From Octopus vulgaris (Eukaryota), in the NCBI GenBank assembly GCA_951406725.2, contig OX597831.1, positions 8,370,001 to 8,434,000 of the forward strand: a stretch of DNA of 64,000 nt, read 5' to 3'. The position numbers were made by a program, and so were the translations under genes. The notes under the pieces were generated by a model. That model made no database searches, was not told the origin of the DNA, and saw only the letters and a list, made by a program, of their open reading frames with translations. Position 1 is the stretch's first letter; the number at the start of each line of letters is the position of its first letter. Shown one piece after another: positions 13,543 through 26,120 of this stretch.

Positions 13543-14437
13543 TAGAAAGAAAATTAGTAGTAAATATTTCCATTCTGTGCATTAGAAGCAAGATAAATGC
13601 TGGGACAGAATTAAAAATAAAGAAAGAAAAAAAAAAACTTTCCTATTATGTATAATAAAATGGCTCATGAATTCATTGGCAGCTGAGTAGCAGAGATATG
13701 AATAAAGCTATCTTTCTGTTAAAGCAGCATCCACCTGTGTCCGGATGTGGTGTAAAGGGATGAGGAGAGAAGCTGGTGGAGTAGTTTCTGTTTTGTTTTG
13801 TCTTATCCAATTGGTATTATAACTTGATATTTATTGGAGGTCGGGGAGGAGGGAAAGAAGGGCAAATAAGTTCTGCTTCTTTATGCTTTTCGCAAGGGCA
13901 TTTGCAGCAATTTGCCGAGAGATGAATGTAAACTGGTCGTTGAGCTCAGCTCTGCTACTTATTTTATCGATTCCTATTTTATTCCAACTCACTTTGTAAC
14001 AATGAAAGCCAATGTAAAAACTATGGTGCAATTTGAACCCAAAACATAAAAGGATTGAACCCAAATACCACAAGAGTTTTTGCTCAATGCTCGACTGATT
14101 CTGCAAGCCACATGTTGCCAAAATTAACAAAACTAATGCTTCCTACCAAACTGCCTGAAACTGCTCCAGATTCTACGATACAAACTTCCTGTTTTCAAGT
14201 GATTTAAATTAAAACCTTCCACCAAAATTTCATGATTAATTTATGTTCCAAACACCAGCTTAATAATTACAGTGATTTCACTAAATTCCTTATCGTTTTC
14301 CAAAATTAACTGAAATAAAGGCAATTTATATCAACAAAAATATGGTGTCAAAAGGATTAATAACAATCTTAAAACTTTTATGATTTCAAGTTGTGGTCGA
14401 ATGAGAGAGACTGGTAGTTTTCAACTGAGAATAATTA

Positions 14438-14666
14438 TGGGCATATGGCGTAGTGGTTAAGAGCATGAGCTACTAACACCAAGATTCCAAGTTCGATTCC
14501 AGGCAGTGACCTGAATTATAATAATATCGAAAAATACCTTAGGAATGAGAACCCAGGTTTGAAATTACCCCAAGACACTTGCTGAATGCTGGAGGGTATA
14601 TCAGCCGAAATATTATGTTAGCAACAAACAAGATGAGGACAAATATCCATCAAATGTAAATAATGG
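14438..14666 (+). mobile_element. tRNA-derived SINE (family E) with 11-bp TSD and Penelope/hammerhead-like tail
   Basis: A-box TGGCGTAGTGG, B-box GTTCGATTCC, and TSD gagaataatta at 14427-14437 and 14667-14677. Confidence 0.8.
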
Positions 14667-15445
14667 GAGAATAATTAATTCCTCATCATTCTTCAGTAGT
14701 GCTTTTGATTCCAACCTGTCCAAGACCGTTCCGGTACAAACCATGGAACAAACTTCCTATTTTAAAGTGATCTAAATTAAAATTTCAGGTTAATTTATGT
14801 TCCAAAAATCAGTTTAATAATGGCTTCAAATTTTGACACAAGGCCAGCGATTTAAAGATGGGGTGGGGGTAAGTTGATTTCATTGACCCCAGTATTCAAC
14901 TGGTACTTTATTCATCCCAGAAGAATGAAAGGCAAAACTGACCTCAGAACAAAGACGGATGAAATGCCGCTATGCATTCCATCATGATTTTGTGAGCTCG
15001 TGGCCTTAAATCAACTTAATGACAAATTATTTACAATTTTCTCCATAATTTTCAGAATTAATTAAAATAAAGAAGGTGTATTTCAACAGAAATAACAAAA
15101 GAACCAACAGAGAACTTGTACAGTTGACAGTGCTGAGTAAAAGAGGTTGGGGTTTGCTAGATCTTGACAATATATTTTAGCCTTTGGTTTGGTTGACAGT
15201 TGAGTCTTTCTGCTTGGGCATCCTTTTTGGGCAGCACTGAGTCGGGTTCAAATAGGTACAAAGTTTTGAAAAAATTATGAAAATTAAATTTTTCTTTTTT
15301 GTTACAGAAAATTCTTGAAAAGATATAAAACCTTGTAACACAGGAAGCTCAGAAAGTGAGAATTGTCTGTAAATGGATTCTTAGACATATATTAATTGGC
15401 AGTCAGAATAGAAGCAGCTGGATTATTTGAGAAATATGAAGAAAT

Positions 15446-15980
15446 AGGCACAAGCGGGACTGTGTGGTAAGAAACCTGCTTCTTAACCACATAGTTCTGG
15501 GTTCAATTCCACAGTGTAGAACCTTTGGCAAGTGTCTTCAACTATAGCCTTGGGCCAACCAAAGGCTTGTGAGTGGATTTGGTAGGCAGAAACTGAAAGA
15601 AGCTCATCGTATACATATAAACCAAAAGTAACCATTACACTTTTGGAGTGGTTGGCATCAGGAAGGGCATCCAGCTGTAGAGACCATGCCAAATCAGAGT
15701 AGAGTCTGGTGCAGCCCCTCAGCTTGCCAACACTGGTCAAACCATCCAACCCGTGCCAACATGGACAACAGACGTTAAATGATGATATGTATATCTAGGT
15801 GTGTGTTTGTCCTCCCATCACTACTTGACAACCAGTGTTAGTGTGTTTATATCCAGTAAATTAGCAGTTTAGCAAGAGAGACTGATAGAATAAGTACCAG
15901 GCTTTTAAAAAAATTCAAGGTGGTGTTCCAGCATGGCTGCAGTCTAAAGCCTGAAACAAGAAGATATAAAAGATAAAAAT
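15446..15980 (+). mobile_element. SINE family A interrupted by a family-B LINE tail (about 15620-15787)
   Basis: Head to ...gaaagaagctcatcgtata, then a B tail ending gacgttaaatgatgat, then the A tail resumes at gtgtgtttgtcc. Confidence 0.8.
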
Positions 15981-15984
15981 AGGT

Positions 15985-16390
15985 CCAGGCATGGCTGTGT
16001 GGTTAAGAAAACCACATGGTCTTGGGTCCAGTTCCACTGCATGGCACCCTGGGCAAGTGTCTTCTACTATAGCCCCAAGCTGACCAATGCTTTGTGAGTG
16101 AATTTGGTGGGTGGAAACTGTGTGGAAGCTCATTGTGCATGTATATGTGTCTTTGTGTTTGTCCCATCCCCCACCATTGCTTGGCAACTGGTGTTGGTTT
16201 GTTTATGTCCCTGTAATTTATCAGTCTCGGCAAAAGAGGCCAATAGAGTAAGTACTAAAAATTGTTTTATTTTTCCTTTAAAAGTACTGGGATCAATTTG
16301 TTGAATTAAAACTCTTCAAGGTGGTGCCCCAGCATGGCCACAGTCAGATGACTGAAACAAGTCATAAGAAGACAAAAGAAGATAAATATG
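15985..16390 (+). mobile_element. SINE family A
   Basis: Head, CORE-like ggcaccctgggcaagtgtcttct, and tail cagcatggccacagtc...gactgaaacaag. Confidence 0.8.
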
Positions 16391-17044
16391 GAATAGAGAA
16401 CTATAAGAAACTGGAGAAGATAACGGTAGAAGGAATAAAAGTGCAGGTGAAATAGACGAATTCTAATAATGGAAAACTTTGGTATTTTGATATTAACAAC
16501 TGACTGCTAATAAGAATAACCAAATTCCTAGCAGTTAATAACAAAAACAAAACAAAACAGCAAAAGAAAATATATAAATAAAAGCTTCCGCTATCATTCC
16601 AAGAATCTCCAGCTTAGAGAAGGATGTAAAGCTAAAAGGAAGAAGCTGAATATCTTCCAAAAACTGGCAGCTAGCTATGTCTATTCCAGATTCTAAATTG
16701 TCAATGTTAAATATTGGTGACCCTCATCTTATGTAATCAGGTGAAGAACATTATGAAATGGAACGGATGGTTGAAGATTATTGAGGAATACCAAGGAGGA
16801 CATTTGTGAAAGATTACAAATTTGCCAGCTGAAATTTTCTCTTTCAAATACTACAGAGGTTTATAGGATGATTCCACCTGTAGCTGAGATAGCATTCCCA
16901 CCCTGGGGTTTTGGAAATAAACATTCTTTTGATGGTCTTAGTCATTGGATTGTAGACATGCTGGGGTACCAGCTTCAAAGGAGTTACTCAATTATCGATT
17001 CCACCCAACCTATGGAAGTGAGATGTTAAACAATGATGATGATG

Positions 17045-17049
<5 letters not shown>

Positions 17050-17093
<44 letters not shown>
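17050..17093. repeat. (GA)n microsatellite
   Basis: Perfect dinucleotide run. Confidence 0.95.
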
Positions 17094-17096
<3 letters not shown>

Positions 17097-17272
17097 ATTA
17101 TTTAAATAGATCATTATTTATTCTAAAATGGGTTGGATGGTTTGACAAGAGGTGGAAAGTCAAAGGACTGCAACAAGACCCACTGTTTGTTTTGGCATAG
17201 CTTTTACAGCTGGATGCCCTTCTTGACACCAGCCATTTTACAGAGTGGACTAGGTGCTTTTTACCTGGTACT

Positions 17273-18860
17273 CATCATCCTCATCGTTTAACATCTGCTT
17301 TCCATTCTGGCATGGATTGGACAATTTGACTGAGGACTGGCGAGCCAGATGGCTGCACCAGACTCCAATCTGATCTGGCAGAGTTTCTACAGCTGGATGC
17401 CCTTCCTAACGCCAACCACTCCAAGAGTGTAGTGGGTGCTTTTATGTGCCACCAGCATGAGGGCCAGTAAGGCAGTATTAGCAACAGCTACGCTCAAATG
17501 GTGTTTTTTACATGCCACCAGCACAGGAGTTAGCCCAGCGGCACTGGCAGCGACCTCACTTGAATATGTTTTTCACGTGCCACTGATGCGATGCTGGCAA
17601 TGATCATGCTCGAATGGTGCTTTTTACATACCACCGGCATGGGAGCCAGTCAGCTGCCTTGGCAACGATCATGCTTGGATGGTGCTCTTAGCGCTCCACT
17701 AGCACAGATGCTAGTCATGCTGTGCTATCGCTGAATTTGATTTCGATTTCATTTGCCTCAACAGGTCTTCACAAGCAGAGTTTAGTGTCCAATGAAGGAA
17801 AGGTATGCATAAGTGGGCTGGTTACACCCCAGGCATAGGCCACAGGTTAGGGTCTCACTTGGCTTGTTGGGTCTTCTTAAGCACAGCATATTTCCAAAGG
17901 TCTCAGTCACAAGTCATTGCCTCGGTGAGGCCTAATGTTCGAAAGTTGTGCTTCACCAACTTATTCCATGTCTTCTTGGGTTTATCTCTTCCACAGGTCC
18001 CCTAGGGTGTGGCATTTTTCACACAGCTATCCTCATCCATTCTCACATGACCATACCAGCGCAGTCGTCTCTCTTGCACACCACATCTCTCAAGGTACTT
18101 AAACTGTTGAATATGCACACTGACATTACACATCCATCAGAGCATTTATAAGCAGCCATCTTTCCCCTTTTCTGGTGAGGATGTAGTCAATTTGGTTAGT
18201 GAGTCTGCCAGAACAGTAGGTGACAGGCAGGTTTCCTGAAGTTAGTATTGCAAACCATAAGATCATTTGCTTCACAGAACTCCAGCAGCCTGGTTCCCGC
18301 CTCATTGCGGGAACCAAAGCCATGTACGCTATGGAAGCCCCCTCTATGTTGTCCAACATGTCCATTGAAGTCACAAGCCACAAAGAGAAAGTCCCTGTCA
18401 AATTGTCAACAAGGTAGTTTGCAAGAGGGTGTCATAAAATCAGGCTTTCTGTCCATCAGGTAGCCCCGGCTGAGATAATGGTTGCTAACCCATGATGAAG
18501 CACTAATCTAATCTTAAGTATTCTTACCTGCACACTATATTTCAGTTGTCGACTTTCACCTTATTAACAGCGTCCCTGTACATGGTTTGGATAGCTCTCA
18601 CCAACCACCCATCTACCCTTAACTTCTGCATTGACCACCAAATGAGGGAGCAAGGGATTCTCACAAAGGTTTTCTCCATATTGACAAAGGTCATGAACAG
18701 CAGTTTATTCTTTGTCCAAATGCTTTTCCTCGAGTTGCTTTATTAGGAAAAGAACATCAATAGAGCTTCATCCTGGCACAAAACAAAAAACTTCATCTCA
18801 TCTAGGTTAAACCCCTTTCTAATTAGTTGAGCTGTGACCCTTTCTGTAACTTTCATGACC
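17273..18860 (-). mobile_element. Rearranged RTE-clade LINE: RT fragment, AP-endonuclease fragment, C-terminus and full 3' UTR
   Basis: RT: FVNMEKTFVRIPCSLIWWSMQKL (about 18540-18860). APE: DFNGHVG..GFGSRNEAGTRLLEFC..QIDYIL (about 18150-18530). C-terminus: QERRLRWYGHV and PKKTW (about 17860-18140). The 3' UTR equals family B. Confidence 0.9.
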
Positions 18861-19389
18861 TTGTAACTCATATCTAAACACAGAAAAATAAAATGCTATG
18901 ACAAAAGAAAAATTCTTATAATGAAACTGAATCTAATAACCTTTGAATTGAAATAACCACATTGGCTGTCAAGGCTTACGCTTGCAGGAATTTATAGAAT
19001 TAAAAACAAACAGAGCAAGAGAGGGGGGTGGAAGCATTATACAATACTTAGGCAACCTGATATGAGAAACAAAAAATACTGCCAGAAACAGAAACAGGAA
19101 ATAGATTCAATAATAAACTGGCATTTATAACCAAAATATGGCAATTATTATTTTTATTAATATTATTATCATTTGTAGTAGTAGTAGTAGCAGTAGTAGT
19201 AATCTGTCCCTTCAATCTGTTGGCTTTGTGGCATTATTGTTACTACTACTACTGCCTTTATGATTTGTGCTTCAGGCAAGACGACAAACGTGATTATTTG
19301 GCTGAGAGTACTTTCAATTCCCAGTGACCATTGTAACGATATGGAGAGAAGGATGCTGTAAACTGTATGCCAGCCAGCCAGCCAAAATA

Positions 19390-19780
19390 TTGTCATCATC
19401 ATCATCCTCATTTCAATACCCTCTTTCATATGTTCACATGGGTCAGATGGAGTTTACTGAGAGAGATCCTCTATGACCAAATGTCCGTCCTTTTGTCTAC
19501 CTTCACCTATTTCTAAGCAAAGCAATATTTCCCCATTGCCAGACATGTCCTTTAAACAGTATCAGTCACATGCAACCATCACATGACATCAAGACAAGGG
19601 GACACACACACACACGACAAGCTTCTTTCAGTTTCTGTCTTCCAAATCCACTCACAAGGCTTTCGGTGACCTGGGACTATAGCAGGAGACACTTGCCTAA
19701 GGTGCTGCACAGAGGGAATGAACCCATGACCATGTGGTTGGGAAGCAAGTTTTTCATCCACACACTCATGTCTGTGCCTA
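19390..19780 (-). mobile_element. SINE family H, near full length
   Basis: Family-A head at 19620-19780 joined through (ca)n to the H body and (cat)n tail. Confidence 0.8.
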
Positions 19781-20324
19781 TATATTTAATAAATTACAAG
19801 TCACCATCATCATCATCATCATCATTTTACATCTGCTTTTCCATGATGGCATGCAATGGATAAGAGCAAGTTCCCCCTGGACAAAATCTTAATCTATCAT
19901 AGTTAAACGTCTCTGCAAAAGTTTGATATCTTGTTGTTTAACCGTAAACCAGTCCTGACTAAACAGACTTACCTTTGTTTATATCCAGGACAACCACAGT
20001 CGAAAATTACCTACCTGTTTTAAGATGGTAAGGTGTAATTTGTGAAAATTTGGCAGCTAATTCTAGCAGGCTGAAAAGCAGCAGAAAAGCTTCCTCATCA
20101 GCTCATAGATTAGTATCTTATTGAGTCAATACAGGATTAAGCTCTCAGCTTCATGAAAAACCTGTAATTGATATAAACTCAATCCATGCATGGATGAAGA
20201 GTTCAATGTCATGGATACTGTGGATAGATATGGGATTGCGTGGCTTTACATGTGCTGTAATCAAAGGTGTTGTAACAGGTGTGTATCTTTTACTGTCAAC
20301 ACACTGATTTTTCACTCAGTAGGT

Positions 20325-20732
20325 TCAGGTGTGGAGATGTGGTTAAGAAGCTTGCTTCCCAATCATGTGGTCCTGGGTTCAATTCCACTGTGCATCACCT
20401 TGGGCAAATGTTTTCTTCTATAGACCCAGCTCAATTAAAGCCTTATGAATGGATTTGCTTAATGGAAACTGAAAGAAGCTTGTTATGTGTGTGTGTGTGT
20501 TTATACCCTCCCTTGTCTAGACATCCTTTGAAGGCTGTATATGAGCATCATTGCCATACAAGCAATGTTGCTGAGCTTTTTCAATCTTCCATGAAAAACA
20601 TCTTTGACTACGAGGAAATATTATCTTGTTTGTTTGGAAACAGCTGAGGGTTGGTGACAGGAAGGGCATCCAGATATAGGAAATCTGCCTCAATACTCTG
20701 AAAAAGTGGATGTTGTGATGATGATGATGATG
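20325..20732 (+). mobile_element. SINE family H, full length
   Basis: gtggttaagaagcttgcttccc head ... ggttggtgacaggaagggcatcc ... (gat)n. Confidence 0.8.
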
Positions 20733-21380
20733 CAGTCTTAAGATTCAGAACAACTGGTCCTGATTTTAAAGAATGAAAGGAGATTATTGATGGAAATTTG
20801 ATTACTACAGAGAAAATATTGAGCTATTAGAAAAGAAATTATTCATGTCTCATGGGACACAGAGTCAAGAATTTTGGTGGCTAAGAAACAATTCCCCATT
20901 CCATCAGCATGGATCGTATTTCACCACTGAGCAAATGATTTATGGGGAAAATGGTCCCGGAAGCCCGGAAGCCCTGTCGTTTTTGTTTTATAGAAGAATG
21001 AAACAATTACGTCAACGGATCACTAACACTGCTCCTCTTTGGATTTGTTTACATTGAATAGAATCTGTGTCACTGTTGCTAAGTAACCATAGTATTTTAT
21101 CTATTTTGCTGCTGATATTTAAAGATCACTTTTACATGTATATCTGAGGAGATTGTAACCACTGTATTGTTTCTGAGGCGTTTTGCCTCGAGAAACGACA
21201 ATGAATGGACAGGATTGAAGAACAAGGTCACTAGTCTGAGGCTTGACCTGGATATGTAAATAGATGTACTGTAGCATACATTCATACATAAACCAATGTC
21301 ACATTGGTTATATTTATACGTGAATGGCTATCAGTTCATCTCTCTCTGATCATTATCCATCCACATGAATTTTTTTTTAT

Positions 21381-21384
<4 letters not shown>

Positions 21385-21424
<40 letters not shown>
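21385..21424. repeat. (TG)n microsatellite
   Basis: Perfect run. Confidence 0.95.
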
Positions 21425-21425
<1 letters not shown>

Positions 21426-21749
21426 TTAAATGCTGTATCATATATTGCAACACATGCTTATCTGTTTCTATTATATATTTACTTATCTGTCCACAGGGAA
21501 GACTCATTATATTTAGGCCTTATCAGAGGTCCTGTTATCACTAGAGATCATACTTAAATGGGTTATAGGAAATTTCGCCGTAAACATTCTTGCCGAAAAT
21601 TTGCTGTTAGAAATTTCGTTTTAAATGACCTCATCACAATTTTTAAATGTTTTATGTTGAATAAAGACTTACCTACCTAATGTTTTTATAAAACCCCCTT
21701 TTTTTTTTTTTACTTTAAAAAATGTCATATGGCAAAATTTCTGGACACC

Positions 21750-22170
21750 GCAGGAGTGGTTGTGTGGTAAGTAGCTTGTTTACCAACCACATGGTTCCGG
21801 GTTCAGTCCCACTGCGTGGCACCATGGACAAGTGTCTTCTACTATAGCCTCGGGCCAACCAAAGCCTTGTGAGTGGATTTGGTAGACGAAAACTGAAAAG
21901 AAGCCCGTTGTATATATATATATATATATATGCATGTGTGTATTTGTGTGTCTGTGTTTGTCCCCCTAGCATTGCTTGACAACCGATGCTGGTGTGTTTA
22001 TGTCCCTGTTACTTAGCGGTTCGGCAAAAGAGACCGATTGAATAAGTACTGGGCTTACAAAAGAATAAGACCCGGGGTCGATTTGCTCGACTAAAGGCGG
22101 TGCTCCAGCATGGCCGTAGTCAAATGACTGAAACAAGTAAAAGAGTAAAAAGAGTAAAGAGTAAAGAGAG
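21750..22170 (+). mobile_element. Young full-length tRNA/CORE-type SINE (family A)
   Basis: A-box tggttgtgtgg, B-box ggttcagtccc, CORE-like segment, internal (TA)n/(TG)n, and gtaaaaga-type repeat tail. Near-identical to 61890-62328. Confidence 0.9.
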
Positions 22171-22763
22171 TTTAAATGTGTGATTATGACCAAGTGATGT
22201 AGTAATCCAGCATTGCTGTGTTCAGACAGGGCCAAAAAAAGGCCCATTTGACACCACTGAAACATTCACACAACTTCATAGGAATAGATACCATCCTTAT
22301 AACATCTATTAAAACACAGTATTAGAATGATCAAAACTAAAAGGCAAGTCCAGTCCCTCTTCACCCAAAGCAAACATTTAAACAGGTTTTGCCATGGAAA
22401 AAAAAAAGGAAAAAGTTTATCAACCAACCACTGCCATCATAGGTTGGTTATTGACGCTGGCAGGAACTGGATGAATCTTCAGTAGCATATTTTCTGTAAA
22501 ATGGTTGGCGTTAGGAATGGCATCTAGCTATAGAAACCTTGCCAAAACAGACAACTGGAGTCTGGTGCAGCTCTTCTGGCTTGCCATCTCCTGTCAAACT
22601 GTCCAACCCATGCCAGCATGGAAAAACGGATGTTCAATGATGATGATGATTAGTTCATAAGCACTTGATTTCATCAGGTTCCATATGGAAACTGCTCCAA
22701 CAATATTGTATTTGATAGTATAAGACACAGGGACACGTAATACATATTCCAGCACATACTCAC

Positions 22764-23170
22764 AAAGAAAAGTTTTTAATGCATTTAATCTTCTAATATT
22801 TAAAGAAACTTCTCCATATAGGATTATGCATATGGCGGCCTCTGATAAACATGTGTTTTTCTAAGTTCCTGGAAAATCGCGAAAGAGATTTCTGAAAAGC
22901 TGCGAAGGCTTATTATAAATAAAACCCAAGGAAGCCTTGAATGTCTTCCTGAATGACAAGTATACACTAGAGGAAATATAAAGCGAAATATTTAAGCAGG
23001 AAGAATCTTTTGCGAATGTATGAATTATATACATTGCGAATAACAACATGTGGAATTTACGAAATTTCTAAAATAACTGCGATTTTCAATCGAGAAAAAA
23101 AAAAGAAATCATCATCATCTGAACAACTTTTGAGTGAAAATTTAACAAGACAAATTTAAAGAAGAACCAT
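22764..23170 (-). other. Candidate non-coding exon in a CpG-retaining unique block
   Basis: Acceptor ttcttctgtttttcccttctgtatattccag|, donor ttt|gtgagt. Many CpGs compared with the flanks, and CCAAT motifs upstream on the minus strand. Confidence 0.3.
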
Positions 23171-23877
23171 CTGGAATATACAGAAGGGAAAAACAGAAGA
23201 ATTAAAAGCTGTTACGAATATACATTGGTTCCAACGTGATTTTTGGTTTTTTTAAAAAAAAACGAAGAGATATTTCAGCATGCTGGTCCGCTGCCTATGA
23301 TGGGAATCGTGATTGACAGAAATTTCCATTGGTTGCGACATGCACACAGGAAGGACAACAGCAGATTCCCCCAGGCAAATCCTTTACTCCCGACGATGCA
23401 ACAAGAAAAGAAACCACGAAAGATCGAGACTGAAATTCAAAGACACTGCAAAAAAGGAATATGAAGCGGAAAGGAATCAATCAACCATAATAAATGGTGA
23501 GATCAAGAGAAAAACTGATCAACATGGAGAAAGCTTATCAAGTCATGCCAAAGCCACGAAGAGATTGGCTGCACTGCCTTCATAATAATAATAATAATAA
23601 TAATAAAAGAATTGGAATTGTTGATTGTGTAGTAGCAGGGAAGATATATTCTCAAAGAATAAATCAGCTTTCATTTTGGGAGACTGTTCACGTTGATTGT
23701 GATATTAATAAGTAAAATTGTCAAGTCAAACAATAGGAGATGGCTGAACGATTTTAAATAAACTCTGGGGAAGATTAGGATTTGGTTGAAATTTAGTCTC
23801 AGGTCATTTCTGATTAAACAGACTGATGATGAGAGACATTCAAGTTATGACCATCACAACTTCTATTTAGACAGTGT

Positions 23878-24160
23878 ATCATCATCATCATCATCATTTA
23901 ATGTCCACCTTCCATGCTGGCATGGGTTGGACGGTTTGACAGGAGGAGTTGGCCAGGCAGGAGACTGCACCAGACTTCTGTGTCTGTTTTAGCATGGTTT
24001 TTATGGCTGGATGCCCTTCCTAACACCAACCACTCTGCAGAGTGGACTGAGTGCTTTTTATGTGGCACCAGCTCAGGTGAGGTCCATTTTGGCAAGGTTT
24101 TTGCAGATGGATGCTCTTCCAGATGCCAACCACTTTACAGTGTGGACTGGATGCTTTTTC
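23878..24160 (-). mobile_element. Family-B-related LINE tail
   Basis: (cat)n ttaatgtcc...ggatgcccttcctaacaccaacc, with a partial internal duplication. Confidence 0.75.
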
Positions 24161-24368
24161 TAAGATATATATGATCCTGAAGACAAATATATAGTTTTTA
24201 AAATTTTATTTCAAGATGACATTGAATGATTTGAGCAAAATTTGGCTACTATTTCTAGTAGGTCAACTAATCGCAAAAAATTCCCGTTGTCAGCTCGTTA
24301 ATAAATTAGCTTTTAGATGGTAATTAGATAATTTAGATCTTAAAATAGTCTGCAGAATTTTAATGTAG

Positions 24369-24405
<37 letters not shown>

Positions 24406-24889
24406 CTATGGATGATGCCAAAATGTCAAAATAAATGTCATTGAATTTTTTTGATAAAATTTTCATCCCTCTTTTTCGCAATTATAGAAATGATCAATTT
24501 CATATGTTTTGCATCTATATCTATCTTTGACATTAAAATATATATATTTTCAATAAAATAAATTCTGCTAAATATAAAATTATTACTAAACCAGTGATGG
24601 TTTAGGTTTTAATGAATAAATAAGTCATTGGTGAAATTTTTGTCAAATTTCTTTGGATATTACCACAGTCGTTTTTTTTTTTAAAGTAACAGTTCAATAA
24701 AGTCTTCTATTGTATCTTGAGGAGATAATTATATCAATAATGACAGAACGAGATGTGGAATCATTGATGAGGTTGAGAATGGTGACGAAAGGACTTTCAT
24801 AAATCTGATTGATTAATTGGCCAAATGATTAATCAATTAATTAAACAATCAAGGAATTAATTGGCTACATAGTTAATCAATTAACTAAT

Positions 24890-25122
24890 AATAATAATAA
24901 TGATAATCTTTTCTACTGAAGGCACAAGGCCTGAAATTTTGGGGGAGGGGACTAGTTGATCACATTGACCACAGTATTGATTGGTACTTAATTTATTGAC
25001 CCCGAAAGGATGAAAAGGCAAAGTCAACCTCGGTGGAATGTGAACTCAGAACACGAAGACAGTTGAAATACTACTAAGCATTTCGCCCAGCACACTAATG
25101 ATTCTGTCAGCTCACTACCTTC
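24890..25122 (-). mobile_element. SINE family C, full length, in a (TAA)n tract
   Basis: ggcacaaggcctgaaatttt...gaccccgaaaggatgaaa...gattctgtcagctcactacctt. Confidence 0.85.
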
Positions 25123-25155
<33 letters not shown>

Positions 25156-25714
25156 GAAGTGAACTAGAACCAGTGTGTGCATTTATTATTAGCAAAATGA
25201 CCCTCCCAAGATACAAGAGAATCTGTTTTAATACATGGGTTCACACCAAGAATATTGCAAACCAAATATGAAACTGAAAAAATATTTTCAAAGTTACCAT
25301 TTAATGATAATGGTGGCCATGTTTCGATCATGGCCATGGTGGAGCACCAAGAAATATAAATAGAAAGGTGTTGGCAGGGAAAAGGGTTGAGAGAAGGTGT
25401 GTGTGAGCAAGAGTGTGTGGAGGGGTTCCTTTATGATCAACTAGTCTACTTTTGCTGGTAGTATACTAAAACACCTGCTTTGTTTATCATCATCATCATT
25501 TAACATCTGTTGCCCACACTGGCATGCTGGAAGGCTGCACCAGGCTCCAATCACTAAATGCTAAAAGTGATTTGCAATAGTTGAAAAGGGGGGTCGGTTA
25601 TGTCTTGTAGTTATCTTGTCAGGTGTTACTTCTGACATAAAAGCTGAAGATGCTGGCTCTTGTGGTTCTCACGATAAAACACTCGATCAATCCATGGAAT
25701 GGAACGGTAAAATG

Positions 25715-26120
25715 ATGATGTTCTTTTATCTTTCACTTGTTCCAGTCAGTGGGCAGTGGCCATGCTGGAGCACCACCTTGAAGAGTTTGGTCAGAACAAA
25801 TTGCACTTAGTACTTATTTATTAATTATTTTGGTTAAAGCCAGGTACTTATTCTATTGGTCTCTATAGCTGAACTGCTAAGTTACAAGAACATACACAAA
25901 CCAATGCTGGATGTCAAGTGATAGTAGAGAGACGAACACATACAAAGACATACACACACACAAGACAGGCTTCTAAATAGTTTCCATCTAGCAAATTAAC
26001 AAATGAGGCATTGATCACCCGAGGGCTAGAGTAAATGACATTTTCCCCAAGTTGCCACACTGTGGAACTGAATCCGAAACCAAGAGTCTGCAAAGCAAGC
26101 TTCTTCATACACAACTATGT
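25715..26120 (-). mobile_element. SINE family A, decayed
   Basis: Reverse tail ggccatgctggagcaccacc through to the head. Confidence 0.7.

Noticed and set aside
14438-14510. tRNA gene
   Set aside because: A/B boxes are present but no clean cloverleaf or acceptor stem. It continues into a SINE body bounded by a TSD.
17430-17710. CRISPR-like repeat-spacer pattern
   Set aside because: Degenerate tandem units within a LINE 3' UTR, spacers related to each other, eukaryotic context and no cas genes.
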